DNA of 63,782 nt, from assembly GCA_016930775.1 (NCBI GenBank), contig JAFGGB010000112.1, positions 1-63,782 on the forward strand. Direction: 5' to 3'. The position numbers and the translations under genes are program-made. This stretch comes from Deltaproteobacteria bacterium (lineage in GTDB: Bacteria > Desulfobacterota > Syntrophia > Syntrophales > UBA2210). The notes under the pieces were generated by a model. That model was given only the letters and a program-made list of their open reading frames with translations. It searched no databases and was not told the origin of the DNA. Numbering within the stretch: the first letter of the stretch is position 1; every line of letters begins with the position of its first letter. This document shows, in pieces, positions 8,447-16,836 of this stretch.

Positions 8447-9331
8447 TCAATAGATTGGAGCGCCCTCTCGATTCACTATCTCCATAAAAGCCCGCTTGAT
8501 TTGGGAAGTAACCGGACCCATGGTCCCATCTCCAATGCGTCTGCCGTCAATTGACGAAACGGCTAAAATCTCGATGCGGCTCGCCGTGGCAAAGCATTCG
8601 TCGCTCGTATACAGATCATGAAGAGTAAGAGGTTCTTCCGTTATCTCCAAGTTCTGCTCCCGAGCAAGGCGAATAATTGCCCTGCGAGTAATGCCGTCGA
8701 GCAAACCAACCCAAAGTGGAGGGGTAATCACGCGGGAATTTTTCACGATGAAAAGGTTGTCGGCCGTGAGCTCGCAGACCAACCCTTGGGCGTTTAAAAA
8801 TAATGCTTCTTGAGCTCCGGCAGCGTGGGCTTGGAGCTTCGCTAGGATATTATTCAGGTAATTTGTTGATTTTATACGGGGACTTAGAATATCGTGACCG
8901 TTTCGTCTAAAGGTTGTGGTTATTACATTGATGCCTTTTGCCCCCATTGCTGTCTGGTCAAGATTCTCTGGGTGACGAACCTCTGGATCCACAATAATGA
9001 CCAGCGTAGGCTTGGGACACTTAGTCGGATCAAGGCCCAGGGGACCTTTGCCTCGACTGGCAACTGGTCGGATATAAGCGTCGCGCAATTTATTGCGGCG
9101 CACGGTTTCCAAAATTGCCTCTCTGAAATCGCTGGGAGCGAGGGGCAATTCGAGCATGATGGATTTTGCCGATTCATAAAAACGATCCACATGCTCGTCA
9201 AGGGCGAAGATTCGTCCATTGTAAGCGCGTATTCCTTCGAAAACACCGTCCCCATATAAGAATCCGTGGTCAAAAACCGAAATCCTCGCATCTTCTTCTG
9301 TAACAAAATTACCATTCAAGTAAATATACAT
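8447..9331 (-). CDS. PLP fold-type IV aminotransferase (IlvE/BCAT-like, divergent)
   Basis: FDHGFLYGDGVFEGIRAY, YIRP, catalytic IKSTNY, LDGITR. Confidence 0.88.
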   Translation of the reverse strand: MYIYLNGNFVTEEDARISVFDHGFLYGDGVFEGIRAYNGRIFALDEHVDRFYESAKSIMLELPLAPSDFREAILETVRRNKLRDAYIRPVASRGKGPLGLDPTKCPKPTLVIIVDPEVRHPENLDQTAMGAKGINVITTTFRRNGHDILSPRIKSTNYLNNILAKLQAHAAGAQEALFLNAQGLVCELTADNLFIVKNSRVITPPLWVGLLDGITRRAIIRLAREQNLEITEEPLTLHDLYTSDECFATASRIEILAVSSIDGRRIGDGTMGPVTSQIKRAFMEIVNREGAPIY

Positions 9332-9697
9332 CGGTAAATCCCTCCTTTCATCAAAGATCTCCCTGCCCGATCCAAACCTTCAGATCATAGCACGGAGAAG
9401 GCCGTCAAAACCGTTAAGAACTCGTTGAGAACCAACAATCTCGAAACAAAGCATTAACAAGCAAATCCTTCCTTCTCCCTTTCTTCCAAACACAATCCGA
9501 AATTATTATATTAATCAAGAACATCACCGCATATAGCGAAAGATTTTTCCATTCTATTTCAGGGAAGCATAGGGTGATGAGTTCTGGTTTGAAACCTGAC
9601 TGCGGACGGCCGTGATCTCGATCCTGCCAGTGCATATTCTGTTGGAAGAAAGAACCATTACGACCAAAAGCCGACAATCGCATTAACGTTCTTTCAG

Positions 9698-10759
9698 CTA
9701 AACGAACGCAAGGACCCGTTTTGGATTTTCAACCATCATAAGGCGTATCTGCTCTTTTGTGACCCCTCGGGCAAGCATTTGGGGCACAATATTCCGCAGT
9801 ATGTGTCCATAGCCTTGCCCGCCATAGCAAACGAGTTTTGATTTAAGACAAGTATCTTGAGACATAAGAATTTGCTCTATGTACCCTTCATGCATAAGAA
9901 TTTGAATTTGTTCGATTCGCTCTCGGTCGCACGGTCTGTTAAATAGTCCAAAATGGAGAGGGTAGAATGGGTTGCCTCCAAAAATATCGTACTGAAGATA
10001 ACACCCTGTTTTCGCCAATTTTCGTATCGTCTCAAGTAAAAATCCCGTGCGGTCGATGTGTCCCATAATGACGCGACTGACATCCGCCCCGGCTTCACTC
10101 AGAACGCTGATAATTTCCATGGGCGAATCCTCATGACGCCCAGGATGAATCGTTATGGCTGCTCCGGTGACATTCTGAGCGCGGGCGCAAGCCCGCAGGA
10201 TCTTTTTCTCTCCGCCTTGGAGAGGCCAAGAACATCCGATCTCGCCAATAATCCCGGCTTTGACGCCTGTGCCATCCACTCCATCCTGTATATCTTTGGC
10301 TATCTCTTCGCCAATCTCCTCTTCACTCTTCCGATCAATGTCTTGATCCTGCGCAGCACCCACGTAATATCCCGATCCCATGACCACATGGAGGTCTGTT
10401 GTCCGAGATAGACGGGCTAATGCAAGGGGATCCCTGCCTAAATTTGCAGTCGTGACATCGACAATCGTCTTTCCGCCTTCCTTTTTGAAAAGCATCAGCT
10501 CTCTGGCAGCCATATCCGCATCCAACAGTTTCAGATTGTCCAGATTGTTGTATTGGTTATACATGATCCAGCTGATGTTTTCGAGACTGACAGGCGCATA
10601 GGCCAACTTCACCAGCTCAGCTTCCTTTGGTTCCATAAACCAGACGGCCATGTCGATAAGAAGATGTTCATGGGGCAATGTTATTCCAAGATCACCGCCA
10701 TCAACTAATCCCAGAACAGTCTGAGCCTTTTTATTACATTTTTCTCTTGCTCCAGGCAT
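9698..10759 (-). CDS. Phosphotriesterase-related (PHP/PTER-like) amidohydrolase
   Basis: TLPHEHL, GRDP, GIIGEIG, TIHPG, MGHIDR, MSQD, ENPKR motifs. Confidence 0.92.
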   Translation of the reverse strand: MPGAREKCNKKAQTVLGLVDGGDLGITLPHEHLLIDMAVWFMEPKEAELVKLAYAPVSLENISWIMYNQYNNLDNLKLLDADMAARELMLFKKEGGKTIVDVTTANLGRDPLALARLSRTTDLHVVMGSGYYVGAAQDQDIDRKSEEEIGEEIAKDIQDGVDGTGVKAGIIGEIGCSWPLQGGEKKILRACARAQNVTGAAITIHPGRHEDSPMEIISVLSEAGADVSRVIMGHIDRTGFLLETIRKLAKTGCYLQYDIFGGNPFYPLHFGLFNRPCDRERIEQIQILMHEGYIEQILMSQDTCLKSKLVCYGGQGYGHILRNIVPQMLARGVTKEQIRLMMVENPKRVLAFV

Positions 10760-10845
10760 TTCTTCTCTCCAGTCATAGAGGGTAGTTCAAATCCATCGGG
10801 TGATCAAGCGAGGTTGTGATAAGAACCCGTTTTTTTGACATAAAG

Positions 10846-10874
10846 ACGGTAACGACTTTCGAATTGCGAGTCAA
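10846..10874 (-). promoter_or_regulatory. Putative sigma70 promoter of the PTE-like gene
   Basis: Minus strand TTGACT-N17-TACCGT. Confidence 0.45.
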
Positions 10875-11047
10875 GAGAAAACCGCATCGCGACTGCGACG
10901 CGGAAATGATTTGAGATGACTCAGGATGAAGGGATCAAGACGCTTTTGACCCCGAATCCGGGAGAAGGGTGATCTTAATGAGAGGGGGGACGCCCCATGC
11001 CGCCCTCCGTGCTGCAAAACGCCGCCCGGAGGCCCGTTGAAGCCCAT

Positions 11048-12253
11048 TTACATCATACTCATGAGTCTCCAGGATACGGCATCGATGAAACCTTCCGTCG
11101 TCTCATAACCTGCCGGTTTTGGATCCATGAGGGTAACAAGGTCCTTGGTGACAATGCCCGATTCGATGCATTGAATGACGGCCTGTTCGATTTTCTCGCC
11201 GAAGGAAGTCACGTCCGGAGCGTTGTCCAATTCGCCTCGCTTCCTGATGCCGCCGGTCCAGGCAAAGATGGAAGCGACAGAGTTCGTGCTGGTGGGATTT
11301 CCCTTGAGGTGCTCGTAGTAGTGACGCCGCACTGTTCCGTGGGCCGCCTCATATTCGTATTTGCCGTCCGGGGACACCAGCACTGACGTCATCATTCCCA
11401 GGCTGCCGAATCCTGCGGCGATTACATCGGAAAAAACGTCTCCGTCGTAGTTGCTGACCGCCCAGAGAATGTTGCCTTCCTGCTTCATGATCTGGGCGGC
11501 GGCGTCATCGATGAGCATATAGCGGTACTGGATGCCGGCATTTTCGAAGTCCGATTGCCGGGCAGTCACTTCCTCAGCGAATATGTTTTTGAAGCTTCCA
11601 TGATAGATTTTGCTGATGGTATCCTTCATGGAGAACCAGAGTTCATACTTCTCGCCAAGGGCGCAATTGATGCAGGACTGTGCAAACGAACGAATGGAAT
11701 TCTCCAGGTTATGGAATCCCATTGCAACGCCCGGTCCCGTGAATTCGTGGACAAGAAGCCTGTCCTCAAGACCGTCGGCCGATCGATAGACAAGCTCGAC
11801 CGTGCCCGGTTTATCCACGGCCATCTCCACGCACTGGTAAAGGTCGCCGTAGGCATGCCTGCCTATTATGATGGGTTTCTTCCAGCTGCGCACAGCCGGA
11901 GAAATGTTCTTCACCAGTATGGGCTTTCGAAAAACGGCGCCGTCGAGGATGGACCGTATCGTCCCGTTCGGCGACAGCCATGCCTTCTTGAGCCCAAATT
12001 CCCCGACCCTCTCGTCGTCAGGGGTGATCGTCGCACACTTTACGCCCACGCCGTACGCTTGTATCGCTTTCGCTGCATCGATGGTGACTGCATCGTCCGT
12101 TTCATCGCGCTTCTGCACGCCCAGGTCGTAATACTTTAGATCAACATCCAAATACGGAACAATGAGCTTCTCTTTGATCATGGCCCAAATGATTCGCGTC
12201 ATCTCGTCGCCGTCTATTTCCACAATCGGGGTTCTGACTTTCAGCTTGGCCAT
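11048..12253 (-). CDS. icd: NADP-dependent isocitrate dehydrogenase (type II)
   Basis: [40 protein letters not shown] motifs. Start uncertain by a few codons. Confidence 0.95.
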   Translation of the reverse strand: MAKLKVRTPIVEIDGDEMTRIIWAMIKEKLIVPYLDVDLKYYDLGVQKRDETDDAVTIDAAKAIQAYGVGVKCATITPDDERVGEFGLKKAWLSPNGTIRSILDGAVFRKPILVKNISPAVRSWKKPIIIGRHAYGDLYQCVEMAVDKPGTVELVYRSADGLEDRLLVHEFTGPGVAMGFHNLENSIRSFAQSCINCALGEKYELWFSMKDTISKIYHGSFKNIFAEEVTARQSDFENAGIQYRYMLIDDAAAQIMKQEGNILWAVSNYDGDVFSDVIAAGFGSLGMMTSVLVSPDGKYEYEAAHGTVRRHYYEHLKGNPTSTNSVASIFAWTGGIRKRGELDNAPDVTSFGEKIEQAVIQCIESGIVTKDLVTLMDPKPAGYETTEGFIDAVSWRLMSMM

Positions 12254-12440
12254 AGAGATCATCTCCTTCAGCAACCTTTATAATTTTCGGGGAATAGGCC
12301 CATACGGGGCTAGAAAAAAAGACTGGTTCTGCACCCGGAATCTCTGCTTATCTGATAACTTGCACAATCCTGTCAAGTGAATTATTGAAGCTTATGCCAT
12401 TGTCGCCGCAATGCGCCCGCCGGTGCATCCTCTCAAATTC

Positions 12441-13478
12441 CTATAAGCATGCACCGGATCTCTGTACGGCAAAAAATTCCTCGAAAACGCGAACAACAAT
12501 CGCAATATCCGCCATAGCCACGTCCATGTGGACAACAAGGCGAATCTTCCTGCCCTGAACGATCATAACGCCCCTGTCTTTCAGGTGGGCTGCGAGAGAT
12601 TTAATCACGGAGCTGTCTACTCTTATAAAAACCATGTTCGTTTGGGCGGACATGGATTCAACTGTCAATCCTTTGATTTCCTGAAGCCCCCGAGAGAGAA
12701 GCCGGGCCTTCTCGTGGTCTTCTGCGAGCCTTTCAACGTGATCCCGCAACGCAATTACTCCCGCAGCTGCCAGTACGCCGGCCTGGCGCATGCCCCCGCC
12801 GACCACTTTGCGCCACCGGCGGGCTTCCTGGATAAAATCAATTCCGCCGCAGAGCATCGAACCTACCGGAGCGCCGAGCCCTTTTGAAAGACACAGGGAA
12901 ACAGAATCGAAATGCCGGGATATTTCTGTGACCGGTCGCTTCAGTTTTACCGAAGCGTTGAAAATCCGCGCACCGTCGAGATGAAGCCTGAGATTTTTCT
13001 CTTTGGCAAATGCCGCCGCCTTTCGCAGGTATTCCAGGGGCAGGACCTTCCCTCCCTGCGTGTTTTCAAGGCAGATAAGGCGAGTCCGGGCGAAATGAAC
13101 ATCATCTGGTTTGATGGCGCCGGCAATCCTGCCGAGATCAAGTGTTCCGTCTTCTTCAAAATCCAGAGGCTGCGGCTGGATGCCGCCGAGGACTGCGGCG
13201 CCGCCGCCCTCAAACCTGTAGGTATGGGACTCCTGCCCGGCGATGTATTCGTCCCCCCGCCCGCAATGAGTGAGCAGGGCTAGCAGGTTGCTCTGCGTGC
13301 CGCTTGAAACAAAGAGAGCCGCGTCTTTCTCCAACATCCCGGCTGCCATCGCTTCCAGACGATTGACCGTTGGATCTTCGCCGTAAACATCATCGCCGAC
13401 TTCGGCGGCGGCCATGGCCGCCCTCATTGCGGCTGTCGGTTTTGTTACAGTGTCGCTTCTAAGATCAATTATTTTCAC
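12441..13478 (-). CDS. ltaE: Low-specificity L-threonine aldolase
   Basis: IDLRSDTVT, GDDVYGEDPT, HLDGAR, CLSKGLGAPVGS, GGGMRQ. Confidence 0.95.
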   Translation of the reverse strand: MKIIDLRSDTVTKPTAAMRAAMAAAEVGDDVYGEDPTVNRLEAMAAGMLEKDAALFVSSGTQSNLLALLTHCGRGDEYIAGQESHTYRFEGGGAAVLGGIQPQPLDFEEDGTLDLGRIAGAIKPDDVHFARTRLICLENTQGGKVLPLEYLRKAAAFAKEKNLRLHLDGARIFNASVKLKRPVTEISRHFDSVSLCLSKGLGAPVGSMLCGGIDFIQEARRWRKVVGGGMRQAGVLAAAGVIALRDHVERLAEDHEKARLLSRGLQEIKGLTVESMSAQTNMVFIRVDSSVIKSLAAHLKDRGVMIVQGRKIRLVVHMDVAMADIAIVVRVFEEFFAVQRSGACL

Positions 13479-13658
13479 TCGCGCCTCCCAGACAAGAACT
13501 GCCGATATTGCAATTGATCATAGGGGCAAAACACGGCTTCGATCAAGGCATTTCATGCCCTCCCCGACAACGTGCGCTCATCATCGAAGCCTGGCAGAGC
13601 AATCTCGCTTATTTTTGATGAATTTGCCGGGCCTTGAGCTGCCGAAGCAAACCGATTT

Positions 13659-14030
13659 TCAGTTGGAAGATGTGTACGACCCGTCGACGAGCATAGTGAC
13701 TGACTGGCCTCCCGAGACATGCGTGCATTGTATGGTAAAATTGGCGAGGCTGCCATCGATAATCGCAGCAACGACGTTCGGGGACGAGGCAAAGCCGAAG
13801 CTCCTCAGATCATTGAGCGTCGGAGAAGAGGCCGTATCGCTATTGGCGGTATACCAGTTCATTCCGGCCGTAATGGCGTTCTTGCAGTCATTGATGCAGG
13901 CCGCCCGGTAACCCCTGTTTCGGTATTTCGTCAGTTGTGGAACCATTATCGCCATAATCACGGCGATGATTCCCATGACGACCACAAGCTCTGTCAGGGT
14001 GAAACCCTTTGATGACCGTTTGTTCCGCAC
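13659..14030 (-). CDS. Type IVa pilin (prepilin with N-terminal methylation motif)
   Basis: KG/FTLTELVVVMGIIAVIMAIMVP with E5 and P22; 114-aa mature protein; GTG 14030 is the likely start, giving a short basic leader. Confidence 0.88.
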   Translation of the reverse strand: MRNKRSSKGFTLTELVVVMGIIAVIMAIMVPQLTKYRNRGYRAACINDCKNAITAGMNWYTANSDTASSPTLNDLRSFGFASSPNVVAAIIDGSLANFTIQCTHVSGGQSVTMLVDGSYTSSN

Positions 14031-14097
14031 GCCCTTGTCCCGCGATATCCCCTTGATGACCTTTTTCCGACAATCCGACGACAGCATTTGTTGAACA

Positions 14098-14113
14098 TAC
14101 AATAAGTATGCCA
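14098..14113 (-). promoter_or_regulatory. Putative sigma54 promoter of the pilin gene
   Basis: Minus strand TGGCAT-ACTTA-TTGTA; correct spacing but GT instead of GC at -12. Confidence 0.5.
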
Positions 14114-14349
14114 CTGATAGCAACCGCTCCCTTACGGCCGAACAGTTCTTCTGCATAGAGCCGCCGAGAGAATTGTGCGCAGGGCGCCGCCGCCAACCGG
14201 TGATTTTCACCTTCTTTGCATATTTTAAACAGGATTGCCGTGAAGTGTTTTCCACCGCCCTTCTTTTCCGATTGACATGTCTCTTCTTACTCCCTATAGT
14301 GCCGGCCTGCGAACCCATGGTGCAATTATCGCAGTGGACAGACGTTCCT

Positions 14350-15735
14350 ATGATAGGCGATCGCGCCCGTCAACAATTCATTCTACGCCTCGAAAAAGAA
14401 TACGCCGATATCTATGGCGAACTCCCCTGGATAACCCCGGAACAGGCTGATCGGGCTGAAAAAAAACGGGCTGCTCTGCTCTCCCGTCTGGCGCCGCTCG
14501 CCGAATGGGGTTTTCACGGCACAAAGCTCGATTGTCGTGATCTTTCTCCGGGATGCAGGCTCTGCGGCGAAGGGCTTTGGTCTTGTCTCTTCATAAACAA
14601 CCTCTGCACCGGAGGCTGCTTCTTCTGTCCTTCCGAGCAGAATTCTGTCGATAATCCCACGACAACCACCCTTGTCTTCAATCGACCTGCCGATTACGTG
14701 GCATACCTTGAAACCTTCGGATTCAGGGGCGCCAGTCTCAGCGGAGGAGAACCTTTCCTTACCCTGGACCGGAGCATTCGGTTTGCCGATGCGGTGAAGC
14801 GCCGTTTCGGAAGCGACATCCATCTCTGGCTCTATACGAACGGACTGGCCGTAACAGAAGATTCGCTCAAACGATTTGCCTATGCCGGAGTCGACGAGAT
14901 ACGTTTCAACATCGCCGCCACACAGTACGACCTTGGAAAAGTCCGTCTTGCAATAGAGACGATCCCTCGAGTTACCGTTGAGATCCCTGCCATTCCTGAG
15001 AACAGAAATGTTGTAATGACTAAAATCCACGAGATGGCCGAAATCGGCGTCGATCACCTGAACCTTCACCAAATACGGGGAACGGCCTATAACTGCTCAA
15101 AGCTCGCATCGAGAGGCTACTCCTTTCTTCACGGCCCGCGAATCGGGACATTGGAGACGGAGCTGACAGCCCTCAGCCTAGCGACAGAAACACTGGAATC
15201 GGGCATCGACCTGCCCATCAATTACTGTTCTCTTATCTTCAGAAACCGTTTTCAGGGTCGCGGAAACCGACTCCGTTTCGCATCAATCATGAAAAAGGAG
15301 TGGGAGGATGTTACGCAGGCGGGATACATCAGAACCATCACGATGGAGGACGGCACGACGGGCCGCATCTTCAGGAACGAAAGAAATGCCGATCATGCAA
15401 ACCTCTCCTCATCCACCATCTCCCTTTCTTACTTTGCCGCAACCGTTCACCCTCGAGTGACATACAGAAATCCCTATAAAGAAGTCGATCTCGCCGAAGG
15501 CGCCCGGGTGGTTGTAGAACGGCAGCGCGTCGCCGGGGATATCAAGCTTCCGCCTGAAGAGGCAGCTCTCTTTCAAAAACTGTTCATTCTCGAAGAAACG
15601 AATCGATTAACCAGAGAAGACATCCTCGACCGGTTACAAACACTGCCCAATTCCGGCGACAGCGTCCTCATGGACCGTTGGGACCGCATCGTAGAATGCG
15701 AGACCATTCCCTGGGGCCTCCTTGAGTATTTCTGA
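14350..15735 (+). CDS. Radical SAM protein, uncharacterised
   Basis: LSPGCRLC then CTGGCFFC (CxxxCxxC), SGGEP, YTNG, DEIRFNI, INYCS. Start uncertain (14317 or 14350). Confidence 0.88.
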   Translation: MIGDRARQQFILRLEKEYADIYGELPWITPEQADRAEKKRAALLSRLAPLAEWGFHGTKLDCRDLSPGCRLCGEGLWSCLFINNLCTGGCFFCPSEQNSVDNPTTTTLVFNRPADYVAYLETFGFRGASLSGGEPFLTLDRSIRFADAVKRRFGSDIHLWLYTNGLAVTEDSLKRFAYAGVDEIRFNIAATQYDLGKVRLAIETIPRVTVEIPAIPENRNVVMTKIHEMAEIGVDHLNLHQIRGTAYNCSKLASRGYSFLHGPRIGTLETELTALSLATETLESGIDLPINYCSLIFRNRFQGRGNRLRFASIMKKEWEDVTQAGYIRTITMEDGTTGRIFRNERNADHANLSSSTISLSYFAATVHPRVTYRNPYKEVDLAEGARVVVERQRVAGDIKLPPEEAALFQKLFILEETNRLTREDILDRLQTLPNSGDSVLMDRWDRIVECETIPWGLLEYF

Positions 15736-16007
15736 ACAAAGCGCCTCCAAAGGAAATGATGCGATTTCCTTTGCCATTAGCAACGTCCTTGGCTACATTG
15801 AGGTGGCTGGTCGGTTATATGCCGCCCGAGACATTCTCGCTATGGAGGAGTTGCGCCACGAACCCCAATAAACATATGCTGGATGCCCTCGTCCCGGAAG
15901 GCGCGGCACAGCCCGTTTGCATCATTGAAACGCTTTTTCTGTGATGTTGCCCGAAGAAATAGAAATTTCCTGCCGGCAGAGCGCAATAACGCAGTGAGGA
16001 GGCGATT

Positions 16008-16766
16008 GTGGATCAGGAACTGAAGAAGAATTTTTTACAACTGTGGAAAAAGTATTTTGACGGCGCGGAACTCCCCCTTGCCATGTATTACAGCGATGAT
16101 GAAACCAGGGCCCCCCTGGCGCCTTCACCTTCCGGGCACAGCTGCTTCATTGGTCAACTGCAATCGGTAAGAAAGGGCGGGCGTCTCTCCTTCAAGGCCG
16201 AATCCCTGGGATGCGGCGGGGCGCAGCGCTACATTGGCTTCACGGCCGATCTTCGACCGAATTTCGAGTACTTCCTCTCCTGTGGAATACCGGGGACGAT
16301 GGAGGGAGAGCGGTACAAGAAGTCTCCCGATTTGGTGAAATCTCTCATGAAGAAACTGCCTGCCTTCGAGGCGCCCGGAAAGTTTCTCGTCGCTTCCCGC
16401 TGGGACTTCCTGGAAGAAGCCGACAATCCCGATGTGGCAATCTTCTTTGCGACTCCCGACACTCTTTCTGGGCTTTTCACTCTCTCCGGTTTTGACGAAG
16501 CCGATGCCAATGCCGTCATTGCTCCATTTTCCGCAGGATGCGGTTCTATCGTCCAGTATCCTTTTTTGGAAGCACGTAAGGGACAGCGGCGGGCCGTTCT
16601 GGGTCTTTTTGACGTCTCCGCCCGGCCCTATGTGGCGCCGGAATTGCTCACTTTCGCCGTGCCGATGGTAAAATTTATCACTATGATCAACGATATGAAG
16701 GAAAGTTTCCTGACAACTCCGTCCTGGCGGGCCGTAAGGAAGCGGATCGTCAGCCGGAACAGTTAA
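16008..16766 (+). CDS. DUF169-like protein
   Basis: GAGGAGG RBS; CFI...GCGGA...EGERYKKSP...PFSAGCGS...GLFDVSARPY pattern. Confidence 0.75.
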   Translation: MDQELKKNFLQLWKKYFDGAELPLAMYYSDDETRAPLAPSPSGHSCFIGQLQSVRKGGRLSFKAESLGCGGAQRYIGFTADLRPNFEYFLSCGIPGTMEGERYKKSPDLVKSLMKKLPAFEAPGKFLVASRWDFLEEADNPDVAIFFATPDTLSGLFTLSGFDEADANAVIAPFSAGCGSIVQYPFLEARKGQRRAVLGLFDVSARPYVAPELLTFAVPMVKFITMINDMKESFLTTPSWRAVRKRIVSRNS

Positions 16767-16836
16767 CGGAACGGAAGATCAGCATGACTGAACGAGTGAG
16801 ACATTTTTGAGATTTCTCGCCTCTTAGCCGCCCTCC

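Larger units (their letters stand above)
1007..10900. mobile_element. Putative degenerate genomic island / accessory region
   Basis: Starts at the selC fragment, contains an integrase relic, is visibly more AT-rich than downstream genes and has long intergenic gaps. Right boundary approximate; no matching att found. Confidence 0.5.

Noticed and set aside
7961-9683. Small ORFs in the gaps around the aminotransferase (7961-8221, 8151-8336, 9414-9683)
   Set aside because: No RBS, motif or protein-like composition that I can recognise.
10992-11010. CCCATGC...TCCG as a degenerate second selC att closing the island
   Set aside because: The match is too short and gapped to tell from chance.
14031-14318. 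Long N-terminal extension of the pilin ORF (219 aa)
   Set aside because: It overlaps the putative sigma54 promoter and the divergent gene's upstream region; type IVa leaders are short.
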